Positions 8,901 to 17,812 of a stretch of DNA of 43,025 nucleotides are shown piece after piece. Source of the stretch: Promethearchaeota archaeon. Lineage in GTDB: Archaea > Asgardarchaeota > Lokiarchaeia > Sigyniarchaeales > SOKP01. The translations under genes and the position numbers were made by a program. The stretch is from positions 1 to 43,025 of the forward strand of contig JAGXNO010000034.1 in the NCBI GenBank assembly GCA_019894975.1, in the 5' to 3' direction. Positions within the stretch are counted from its first letter, which is position 1. Every line of letters begins with the position of its first letter. The notes beneath the pieces are model-generated. The model saw only the letters and a list, made by a program, of their open reading frames with translations. It made no database searches and was not told the DNA's origin.

Positions 8901-10880
8901 TTGTCTGAAAAACAGACCAATGAAAATGTAAACGAAGAAAGTCAAACTAGAATAGGTGTGTTCGTATGTCACTGAGGTATCAATATAGCAGGAATCTTAG
9001 ATATCCCAAAAATCGTTGAAGAAATAGATAAAATAGAGAATGTTTGGGCTTATCCATATCTTTCTCTTTGAACTGAAGGCGGTTCTGCTGAAATTAAAGA
9101 AAAACATGCAGATCGAAAGTTTGATAGAGTTTTGGTAGCAGCTTGCACTCCAAAAACGCATCAACCAGTATTTCACGCGATATTAACAGAAATGGGATTA
9201 CCCCCAAGATACTTAGAATTCGTTAATATAAGAGAACATTGTTCTTTTGTACATCAAGCTCCAGAGGTACGTGAAAAAGCAACTCTTAAAGCGATAGAGT
9301 TAATTAAGGCAGGTATAGCTCGTTCAAAGTTATTAGAAGATGTTCCCACTAAAACAGTTCCAGTAGAACCTTCCGCTCTCGTAGTGGGAGGAGGAATTGC
9401 GGGATTATCTGCAGCTATTGATTTAGGAGATGCAGGATACAAGGTATATTTAGTTGAGAAGAACACGACAATTGGCGGTCGCATGTCCCAGCTTGATAGA
9501 ACTTTTCCTACTGATGATTGTTCGATATGAATATTGGGACCAAAGATGCTTGAAGCTAATCGACATCCAAATATTGAGATTCTTTCCTACAGTGAAGTTG
9601 CTGAAATCGATGGCTACATTGGTAACTTTGAAGTGAAAGTAAGGAGAATGGCTCGATTTGTTGATGAGGATAAATGCACGGGTTGCGGCACTTGTACAGA
9701 TGTATGTCCTGTCTATATAAGTAATTACTTTGATGAGAACTTATCCGCAAGAAAAGTTATTGACGTAGCTTTTGCGCAAGCAGTACCAGCAGTATCACAA
9801 CTTGATAGAAAAACGTGTATTGAATGTTTTGCTTGTGTAGATGCATGCGACCAAGATGCCATAGATTTCAGTCAACAGGATAAAATCGTGGAACTTAAGG
9901 TTGGAACTATAATAGTTGCTACTGGTTGGGACCTCTATAAAGGCGATGATTATGGATATGGCAAATTTGATAACGTAATTAATCAAATAGAACTTGAAAG
10001 GATACTTGCACCAAATGGTCCTACATATGGTCATTTAAAACGTCCTTCCGATGGTAAGCGTCCTTCGAAAGTATTATTTATTAATTGTGTAGGTTCAAGA
10101 GATGTGAATAAAAATGCTCACTGTAGCGTAATCTGTTGTAACCTTTCACTGAAAAACTCTAAGCTAATTAAATCCGAATATCCTGATTCACAAATCGTCG
10201 TTAGCTATATAGATATGCGCTGTGCTGGAAAAGATTATGAAGAATACTATAGAAGATCTCGAGACGCTGGAGTTATTTTTGTTAAAGGATTAATTGGGAA
10301 AATTGAAGAAGATCCTCTTACAAAGAACCTTATAGTACAATTTGAGCCTGTTGGTACCGATTCCGTAGTAACCATGGAAGCCCATATGGTTGTATTATCA
10401 TCTGCTTCACTTCCATCTCAAGGTACATTGCAAATTGCTAAGGTATTAAAAATGGAAAGAAGCCCCGATGGCTTTCTAAAAGAATATCATGCAAGACTTG
10501 ACCCAATCAGCACTAAAGTACCAGGTATATACATCTGTGGTTCTGCTCAAGGGCAGAAAGAGATTGATAAAGCAGTAAGTCAAGCTAGAGGTGCAGCATC
10601 AGTAGCAGGTATTCCAATGGGAAGAGGAGAATATACTATGGAGTTAATACGTGCTATTCCTTCAGATGAACGTTGCGCAAAATGTTATATGTGTATAGAG
10701 GCTTGTCCATATAGAGCTATTTCGGTAAATGAAACAGGAAATATTGTTGTTGACTTAATTAATTGTCGAGGATGCGGAACTTGCGCAGGCATATGTCCTT
10801 CTAAAGCGATTGAATTAACTTACTATAGAGACGACCAATATATGGCTCTAATCGATCAACTTTTACCAATTGAAGAGTAG
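8901..10880 (+). CDS. hdrA: Heterodisulfide reductase subunit A, selenoprotein (659 aa; Sec at codons 25, 57 and 210)
   Basis: One frame from TTG 8901 to TAG 10880, interrupted only by TGA at 8973 (RIGVFVCH-U-GINIAG), 9069 (YLSL-U-TEGG) and 9528 (DRTFPTDDCSI-U-ILGPKM). Each is at a conserved HdrA Cys. GGGIAG FAD motif, CVGSR, HCSVICC and four ferredoxin motifs. The ORF track splits it into 9132..9530 and 9534..10880. Confidence 0.95.
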
Positions 10881-10894
10881 AGAGGTAATAAAAA

Positions 10895-11353
10895 ATGGCA
10901 GAAGAAAAAGATATAAAAATTATTGTATATGCTTGCTGGAAATGAGGATATGGTTCAGCTGATATGGCAGGTACAATTCGCGCGCAATATCCAGACTCAA
11001 TCCGAAATGTCTTAGTACCTTGTACGGGGCGTGTAGGATCTGACTTAATAATGCGTGCTTTTGGTAGAGGTGCTGATGGTGTTGTAATAAATGCTTGATA
11101 TCCTGGTGAATGTGATTATGAGACAGGGAATTATTTTGCGTACCGACAAGTAGAATATGTCAAAGAAATACTTAAAACAGTAGGAGCAAGTCCAGAGAGG
11201 ATAAAAATCATATATTGTACCGCAGCAGAAGGCCAGAAATTCCAAAATGAAGCTATTGAATTCGATAAAACTATACGCAAATTAGGACCAAGTCCTCTAC
11301 GTACAAAAGGCACACCTAAGAAAGGAAAGGCCAAAGCGAAAGCTAAGGCTTAA
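10895..11353 (+). CDS. mvhD: MvhD/VhuD [2Fe-2S] hydrogenase delta subunit, selenoprotein (152 aa; Sec at codons 17 and 68)
   Basis: Hand translation MAEEKDIKIIVYACWK-U-GYGSADMAG...VPCTGRV...GADGVVINA-U-YPGECDYETGN...LGPSPL. TGA at 10943 and 11096; GAGGT RBS. Not in the ORF track. Confidence 0.95.
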
Positions 11354-11360
11354 ATAATAA

Positions 11361-11434
11361 ATGTGTTTACTAATGAAGCTGAGTTAAAAAAACGAGAACT
11401 CATGCTGAAGAAATGGGTGCACCATAAGACACAT
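11361..11434 (+). promoter_or_regulatory. Candidate eukaryote-like SECIS element 3' of hdrA-mvhD
   Basis: ATGAA 11373-11377; stem GCTGAGTT (11378-11385) pairs with AACTCA-t-GC (11397-11405); loop AAAAAAACGAG; TGAA 11406-11409 completes the tandem G.A/A.G core; outer helix ATGTGTTT (11361-11368) pairs with AGACACAT (11427-11434). Confidence 0.85.
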
Positions 11435-11549
11435 AAAATAGTTTTTAAAATATAAGCAATAAGAGTAAAAATTTAGTTATCATATTAGTAATATAAGAAA
11501 AAAAAAGGAAATTGTAAGTACTAATTTAAAATTTCAGAGTTGGAAATAC

Positions 11550-12689
11550 ATGGATGCAATGGCAGAATACCTAATTAAGAGTGAAGATTTTTCTAAAATT
11601 TTAGCAACGTTACTAAAGGAAAAAGTTGTAGACAAAATCATAGGTGCAGAATTAAGAGTTGATAAGAAGTCAGGTAATATTGACAGATTTACAGTTCAAC
11701 CAAAATTAGTGGAAAAAGAAGAAGATCTTTCAGATTTTCCATTATCTCCATTAATCGCTTTTGGATATGCGAGAACAGATTCTGCATCAAAATTCCTTCA
11801 TAAATCTGTAGCAGGTGCTATGAATGAGAAAGTAGGACTTATAGCTCGCCCTTGCGATACACGTGCTTTAATTGAGCTTGCTAAAATTAAACAAGTTAAT
11901 CTAGATAATCTCTTTATAATTGGTATAGAGGATCGAGGAATGCTTCCGAAAGCAGGAAGAGAAATGAGAGCAATTAAAGATGTTGATCCTACTAAAATCG
12001 TGAAAGAGAAAGTTGGAGACAACGGTTTAATTGTCAAATTAGATGATGGGAGTACAAAAGAACTTAAATTTACTGTCTCAGAAAATTGTCTAAGATGTTT
12101 TCGCAAAATTCCTGTTGTTGCTGATTTAACTGTAAGTGATCTTGGTATACCGATCGATTCAGAAGAAATCATTCTTAAAGTGTACTCTGATAATGGAAAT
12201 GATATTTTAGAAAAATCAAGGATAAATAAGAAAGACCTTCCTGATAATGTGAAGAAAGAACATACCGAAAAATTTACCGAAATTATTGAAAAAGCTAAGG
12301 AGAAAAGAGCAAAGGATTTAGAAGAATGGGATAAACTCTCACAAGATGAAAAGATAGCAGAACTGCTTAAATGCACGATGTGTAACACGTGTATTCGAGG
12401 ATGTCCTGTTTGTTACTGTGTAGATTGTATACTCCAAAAGAAGAGAAAGGATAAAACAATAGATAAAGTTACGTATCAATTAACACGAATTGCTCATGAT
12501 GCAGATAGATGTGTTGAGTGTGGGAACTGTGATAACAATTGTCCTCAGAATTTACCCCTCTCACTTTATTTCCAATCTCTCAATGATGCTTTCAAAGAAA
12601 AATTCGGATATGAAGCAGGTATGTCTCTTGATGATATTCCATTCCGTAGTGCAAAAGCAATTGCGGAGATGGAATTAGAAAAGACTTAG
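11550..12689 (+). CDS. FdhB/FrhB-family (F420-interacting) subunit with C-terminal 2x[4Fe-4S] domain
   Basis: ARPCDTRALIELAK..QVNLDNLFIIG, NCLRC, ADLTV, CTMCNTCIRGCPVCYCVDC and CVECGNCDNNCP match the formate dehydrogenase beta subunit layout. Confidence 0.85.
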   Translation: MDAMAEYLIKSEDFSKILATLLKEKVVDKIIGAELRVDKKSGNIDRFTVQPKLVEKEEDLSDFPLSPLIAFGYARTDSASKFLHKSVAGAMNEKVGLIARPCDTRALIELAKIKQVNLDNLFIIGIEDRGMLPKAGREMRAIKDVDPTKIVKEKVGDNGLIVKLDDGSTKELKFTVSENCLRCFRKIPVVADLTVSDLGIPIDSEEIILKVYSDNGNDILEKSRINKKDLPDNVKKEHTEKFTEIIEKAKEKRAKDLEEWDKLSQDEKIAELLKCTMCNTCIRGCPVCYCVDCILQKKRKDKTIDKVTYQLTRIAHDADRCVECGNCDNNCPQNLPLSLYFQSLNDAFKEKFGYEAGMSLDDIPFRSAKAIAEMELEKT

Positions 12690-12700
12690 GTTATTTAGGA

Positions 12701-12730
12701 TTTTTTTTATTTATTTTTATTATTTTTTCT
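12701..12730 (+). terminator. Oligo-T terminator-like tract closing hdrA-mvhD-fdhB-like unit
   Basis: TTTTTTTTATTTATTTTTATTATTTTTT 12 nt after the stop. Confidence 0.6.
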
Positions 12731-12844
12731 ATTTAATGAACATAATCTAGATCTGTTTGTACAATGCATCAATATTAGGTCAAATTTATCACCATTTTTC
12801 TTATACAATAGAAGGTTTTTATTTCTTCAATCATTTCTTCAACC

Positions 12845-13507
12845 ATGTTATCAAATTTAACAAAGAATCTAGTTGAACTTGAACGTGATCAAGTATTATC
12901 TGAAATAAAAGAACGCATTGGTCAAGGTGAAGATCCATTGAAGATCTTCGAGGAATGTAAGAAAGCCATGGATTTGGTCGGTGAGAAATACAAAAATAAA
13001 GAGTATTTTCTTGCGGAGTTAATGCTCTCAGGTGATCTTTTTAGAGAGGCAACGGAGCTAATCGAACCATATTTACGAGGAAAAGTAACAGAAGGAGATA
13101 TTAAAGGTAAAATAATACTTGCTACAATTCAGGGAGATATTCATGATTTAGGCAAAGATATTTTTGGTATGCTTCTAAAATTAGAAGGTTTTGAGGTTTA
13201 TGACTTAGGTGTAGATGTCAATCCAGATGTTGTGATTGAGAAAGTAAAAGAAATTCAACCCGATTTTCTTGGGTTTTCAGCTCTTCTTACTATAACTTTT
13301 GATCCTATGAAAGAAGTGATTGAGAAATTGGAAAAAGCGGGACTTCGGGATAGATTGAAGATATTGGTTGGTGGAGGAATCACAACCCCACTGGTGAAAG
13401 ATTACACTGGAGCAGACTTTCAAACAGTCGATGCCATGGAGGGTGTTCAATTTTGTTTGGAAACAATTAAAGCAAGAGTTGTAATTAGAGCACGGGGGGG
13501 AATATAA
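12845..13507 (+). CDS. Cobalamin-binding corrinoid protein (MtaC/MtbC-like)
   Basis: N-terminal B12 cap, GDIHDLGK (DxHxxG), GFSALLT and VGGG. Confidence 0.93.
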   Translation: MLSNLTKNLVELERDQVLSEIKERIGQGEDPLKIFEECKKAMDLVGEKYKNKEYFLAELMLSGDLFREATELIEPYLRGKVTEGDIKGKIILATIQGDIHDLGKDIFGMLLKLEGFEVYDLGVDVNPDVVIEKVKEIQPDFLGFSALLTITFDPMKEVIEKLEKAGLRDRLKILVGGGITTPLVKDYTGADFQTVDAMEGVQFCLETIKARVVIRARGGI

Positions 13508-13509
13508 AG

Positions 13510-14652
13510 GTGAAGGAAGAATACATGACTCCTCAAGAGAGAACAACAGCTGCAATAAACTTGGAAGAGCCAGATCGTGTACCAATTGCTCCTATTGTAG
13601 GCATGGACTTACCTGCGACATATTATGGATTAAATATCGCAGAATTGCATAGAGAACCTATAAAAGCTATTGAGGCAATGGTTAAATTTTTTGATGAGTT
13701 TGGAGGTTGGGATGGATATTCTACTCTTCCCCTTGTTAAAATAGGGTATATCTTAGGAGGATTAAAATTTAAAGCACCGGGACAAGAATTGCCCGATGCC
13801 CCGGGTTATTATGGACAGTTTGATGAAGGAGAGTGGATGAAAGTAGAAGATTATAAAACAATTGCGGATATTGGCTGGGGTAAATTTGTCGCAGATGAGT
13901 ATATCTATCGGATCAGTGATTGGACTCCTGAAGATGTGGAAGAAAATAGAAAAAAATATTTTCAGTTCGCTCTGAAAGGTGGTGAAGAATACACTATAAA
14001 AAGAAAAATGGGAATGAGAGCGGGAGCTAATCGTGTTCATCCTTTTTTCCTGCTTTCTCTAAATCGGTCACTGCTTAAATTCACCCAAGATCTCTATTAT
14101 AGACCTGAATTAGTCGAAGCAGCGCTCGACACTATGACAGATGGTTTAATAAAAAGCACCATAGCACAATGCAAAGGTAATGGGGGTAATGTAGTTTTTA
14201 TACCTGAAGAAAGAGCGGAAGGTGCTATTTATCCTTTGAAAATTTTTGAGCGATTCTGGTGGCCGTATACGAAAAGAATAGTAGAAAGTTTATACGATGA
14301 GGGAATTATCTCTTGGCTTCATCTTGATCAATGTTGGGATTTAAATATCCCCTATTTTAAAGACCTACCTAGAGCGTCATGCATAATTGACCTTGATGGG
14401 CTTACAGATATATTCAGAGCTAAGGAAATCCTTAAAGATCATTTATGCATTATGAGTGATGTTAGCGGTTCTTTATTTTCCATTGGAAGTCAAAAACAAG
14501 TCGAGGATTACGTTAAAAAGCTTATTGATAAACTTGGTGTTGATGGAGGGCACATTTTATCATCTGGTTGTGAAGTACCTCCCAATTGTAAACCAGAAAA
14601 CTTTAAAGTTTTTCTTAAAACGGGTAAAACTTACCAATTATCAAAGGAATAA
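13510..14652 (+). CDS. Uroporphyrinogen-decarboxylase-fold methyltransferase (MtaA/CmuA-like)
   Basis: MTPQER..EEPDRVP, HLD and ILSSGCEVP motifs; coupled to the corrinoid gene (2-nt gap). Confidence 0.85.
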   Translation: MKEEYMTPQERTTAAINLEEPDRVPIAPIVGMDLPATYYGLNIAELHREPIKAIEAMVKFFDEFGGWDGYSTLPLVKIGYILGGLKFKAPGQELPDAPGYYGQFDEGEWMKVEDYKTIADIGWGKFVADEYIYRISDWTPEDVEENRKKYFQFALKGGEEYTIKRKMGMRAGANRVHPFFLLSLNRSLLKFTQDLYYRPELVEAALDTMTDGLIKSTIAQCKGNGGNVVFIPEERAEGAIYPLKIFERFWWPYTKRIVESLYDEGIISWLHLDQCWDLNIPYFKDLPRASCIIDLDGLTDIFRAKEILKDHLCIMSDVSGSLFSIGSQKQVEDYVKKLIDKLGVDGGHILSSGCEVPPNCKPENFKVFLKTGKTYQLSKE

Positions 14653-14685
14653 TACTCCTAAATTTTTAATTTTTTTATTACTAAT

Positions 14686-15297
14686 TCAAGTTCTTTGTTT
14701 TTCTTCATTAATTGTGGTTAATAGACGCTTTACTTCGTAGGAGTCTGAATATTTTTCGAGGATTTTTTGACAGCATTCAATCGCCAGATCATATTTTTTT
14801 AATTCTCTATAGGTAAGAGCTAGATTATACCATGTTTCAAACTTATCAGGTTTTATGTCTAGGGCTTTCTTACAAACATCAACAGCATTGCTAAATTCAC
14901 CTTTTCTATTATAGGAAACAGCCATATTGTTCCAGGCTTCATGATCTAATGGATTTTGTTCTACTACCTTCTGATAATACTCAATTGCTTTATCAAAATC
15001 AGCATGCTCTTTGTAAGCATTTCCCATGTTATATAATACATCAACGTCATCTGGTTTAAGTTCCAAAGCTCTATTCCAGCACTTCAATGCGCTTTCAAGA
15101 TCTCCCCGACCTATATCATAAGCGTTACCTAAATTATACCATGCTTCAAAGTGATCGGGATTGAGCTCTACAGTTTTTTCCCACGACTCAATCGTACCAT
15201 CTGCGTCAGATTGCTGTCCGCAGATTAACCCCTTTTGATAAAATTCTTCGGCTTCTGAGATCTTCTTGCTTTTTTGAAGAGTATTTTTTTCTGACAT
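14686..15297 (-). CDS. Tetratricopeptide-repeat protein
   Basis: About five 34-aa repeats (AWYNLG..ALELKPD). Confidence 0.9.
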   Translation of the reverse strand: MSEKNTLQKSKKISEAEEFYQKGLICGQQSDADGTIESWEKTVELNPDHFEAWYNLGNAYDIGRGDLESALKCWNRALELKPDDVDVLYNMGNAYKEHADFDKAIEYYQKVVEQNPLDHEAWNNMAVSYNRKGEFSNAVDVCKKALDIKPDKFETWYNLALTYRELKKYDLAIECCQKILEKYSDSYEVKRLLTTINEEKQRT

Positions 15298-15424
15298 TAA
15301 TCTAAATAAAAATTATTTGAAGTTAATATTTTTTATTAAACTCAATTTTTTTAAATCTTATTACACATAGTACACATAGTATTTTAACCGGGATATTAGA
15401 TATTTTTCCATCTTTACATTTTTT

Positions 15425-16369
15425 TTACATTATTTTTTTACTGAAAACCTCTAAAGGATCCTCTAAGTTAGAGTTCCCTATAGATAGCAAAATTTTATCA
15501 ATACCCATATTTTCGAATTCGATTACTTTTTGCTTGATATCTTCTGGAAATCCTAGAAATTGATGTTCTAAGAGGTATTCCCTTGTAGGTTTCATTGGTC
15601 CTGGAGAGTTTTTAATAATATTTCCAATTCTTTTATCTAAATCTTCCTGATCTTTTGCAATGGTAAATGAAGTGAACAGAGAAATTTCAAAATTAGACCT
15701 TTCTTTATTGTACTTCTTTAAAATTTCACTAATCTCAGAAACTTTGCGGGATAACTGAGCTTTTAAAAACATTTCTTGAGTTGGATACCCTAGATTTACA
15801 CCATCAGCTTCTCTGCATGCGATATCAATCATTCTTTTTCCGGTTGTACCTAAAACGATTTGTGGATATGGCTTTTGAATAGGTTTGGGGTAATTTCTAT
15901 TTCTTTCTAATTTCCAGAATTTACCTTCAAAATCAGTCACATCTTCAGTGAACATTTTTTTATAGATAATTAATGATTCCTCAAGTTCATCGACCCTTCT
16001 TTTTGGAGTAGGAAAGGGATAGCCATACGCTTTATATTCTTCCTCGTACCAACCCGCACCTAACCAAAATAAAGCTCGACCATTGGAAATAACATCCAAT
16101 GTAGAAATCATTTTCGCTAAATATGTAGGATTTCGATAAGAGTTACAAACTACTATATTTCCTAGTTTTATTTTCTTAGTTTCAGCAGCCAAAGCAGCTA
16201 GAACCATCAAAGCTTCCAAATAAGGTTCCTTTTTATCTTGAGTAGCATCAAATCCAATGAGGTGATCGTTTATGTGAGCAGAATCAAATCCTAATTTTTC
16301 GACCTTTACTGTTAAATCTCTAATCTCAGAATAATCTAATGGTGTTCTTATATAATACCCAAATTTCAT
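15425..16369 (-). CDS. LLM-class (luciferase-like) flavin/F420-dependent oxidoreductase
   Basis: GFDS..NDHL, LAAETKKIKLG, YRNP..LAKM..TLDVISNGR, GAGW. Confidence 0.9.
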   Translation of the reverse strand: MKFGYYIRTPLDYSEIRDLTVKVEKLGFDSAHINDHLIGFDATQDKKEPYLEALMVLAALAAETKKIKLGNIVVCNSYRNPTYLAKMISTLDVISNGRALFWLGAGWYEEEYKAYGYPFPTPKRRVDELEESLIIYKKMFTEDVTDFEGKFWKLERNRNYPKPIQKPYPQIVLGTTGKRMIDIACREADGVNLGYPTQEMFLKAQLSRKVSEISEILKKYNKERSNFEISLFTSFTIAKDQEDLDKRIGNIIKNSPGPMKPTREYLLEHQFLGFPEDIKQKVIEFENMGIDKILLSIGNSNLEDPLEVFSKKIM

Positions 16370-16462
16370 AGTAGAGAAAAGAAAGAAATTTCTAATAAAA
16401 GTTTTAGTTTTATAAAAAAAAGATCTTTGGATTTTTTCCGTTCAGTCTAGTAAGATATGAGT

Positions 16463-17452
16463 TCATTTTTGAAATTCTTCCGGAATTTGAACTGTAAATG
16501 TACAGATTAATCCTCCTGTAAGAGGTGTTTCTATTGGTTCTACAATAGTTGGTTGATCAAATATTACATCCCAATATTTTTTAGTGTATCCTGCACTGCA
16601 ATGACAGAAGTGTGAGGAAAGTTCTTGTCGTGTGTCGTTTTTTATTGCACCTCTAACCCATGGGCAATAACAACTATAAAATCCTTTCATATTATTATCT
16701 TTTGCTTGTAGAAAGTTTTTTGTTTGATAAGGCATTTTAGCAGTAATAATTTTATCTCCTTCTCTTATACCAGGAGAAATGGTGGGTGTGTTTTTGACAA
16801 AATTTATTACTTCTTCATCAATAAATTGAGCAAATTCTAGAGTTCCTTCTTTTTGATGATTTTGAAGCCTTTCAACCAGTTCTTGCTTTTTTACCTTTAA
16901 AAATTCATCAATATCATTCATTTTTAAGAAATCTTCTCTATCTTTCTCAATAGACCCAGGCCTACCATGTAAACATGGTTTTAATAGTTCAATTGTTTTT
17001 TCTTCACCGATTTTCCCTTCTAATCTTTTCATTATTACTTTAGTGAATTCTGGTTTTCTCTCGGGATCAATCCCTAATGGGGGAATTTCAATATCTTCAA
17101 AAATTTCATTTCGTAATTTTTCTCCATATTGCTCAGCAACTCTTTGATATAGATTATCCATTGCATTATATGACTCGGATATATCAATAATCTCAACTAT
17201 ATAATCATAAGCTTTAATAAAATTTGCATAATTAATCAGAGCTCTTATTGCATCTAATACAAGATCTTTCTTGCCATTTTCAACTAAATCTTCAGTAAAT
17301 TTTGTTATCTCCCCATTGGAAATAGTATCAATATCTTTGTCGCTTTTATCTAAAAAGCTGTTGAATTCGTTTAACCTTGAAATGTAAATGGCAGTTTGTT
17401 CTTGAGAGACTTTGTTTTCGGAGAGATATTTTATGAATTCTTTTTCATTCAA
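16463..17452 (-). CDS. Hypothetical Cys-motif protein (DUF6144-like)
   Basis: C-terminal CYCP...FCHCSAG...C.F pattern; ends in a genuine TGA stop. Confidence 0.6.
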   Translation of the reverse strand: MNEKEFIKYLSENKVSQEQTAIYISRLNEFNSFLDKSDKDIDTISNGEITKFTEDLVENGKKDLVLDAIRALINYANFIKAYDYIVEIIDISESYNAMDNLYQRVAEQYGEKLRNEIFEDIEIPPLGIDPERKPEFTKVIMKRLEGKIGEEKTIELLKPCLHGRPGSIEKDREDFLKMNDIDEFLKVKKQELVERLQNHQKEGTLEFAQFIDEEVINFVKNTPTISPGIREGDKIITAKMPYQTKNFLQAKDNNMKGFYSCYCPWVRGAIKNDTRQELSSHFCHCSAGYTKKYWDVIFDQPTIVEPIETPLTGGLICTFTVQIPEEFQK

Positions 17453-17812
17453 AACATAACACCTATTCAGACAATATAAAAATTAATTTATGAAATAGCT
17501 TAATTATACTTTGAGGTTATGAAATTCATTTTACTGTTTATCATGATACGTTCTTTATTTAAAATTGATATGTAATTTTAGTTTTGATTTATTAAATCCT
17601 AGAGCGTGCTTATTGAAATTTGTTAATATTCCAGAAGCAAGACCCAACTTTATTTGTTCTATGAAACCGAGAGTAATATTTTTTATGATAAAGATTTATA
17701 TATAAAAATTTATATAAATTATAAAAAACTAACAAATATTATCAAGAATTACAAAATTTGCACATATTCTCTTGACTCTTTTGTATAAAAAACAATTTAA
17801 CTGGTTAAATCA

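Noticed and set aside
8901-11353. hdrA and mvhD as nonsense-mutated pseudogenes
   Set aside because: All five interruptions are TGA at conserved Cys sites, there are no other lesions, and a SECIS-like hairpin follows.
8901-11353. Genome-wide TGA reassignment (to Trp or Gly)
   Set aside because: TGA is the apparent true stop of 16463..17452, 27348..28412 and 35560..37257; Trp is TGG in these genes; no other long gene contains in-frame TGA.
11798-12388. 196-aa antisense ORF and other short overlapping ORFs in the track (e.g. 9254..9484, 11045..11245, 11131..11334, 13277..13585, 26666..26878)
   Set aside because: They are shadows of well-supported genes on the opposite strand or in another frame and have no motifs of their own.
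17690-17725. AT-only palindromes (TTTATATATAAA, AATTTATATAAATT) as an operator or element end
   Set aside because: Expected by chance at this AT content and compatible with ordinary TATA boxes of divergent promoters.
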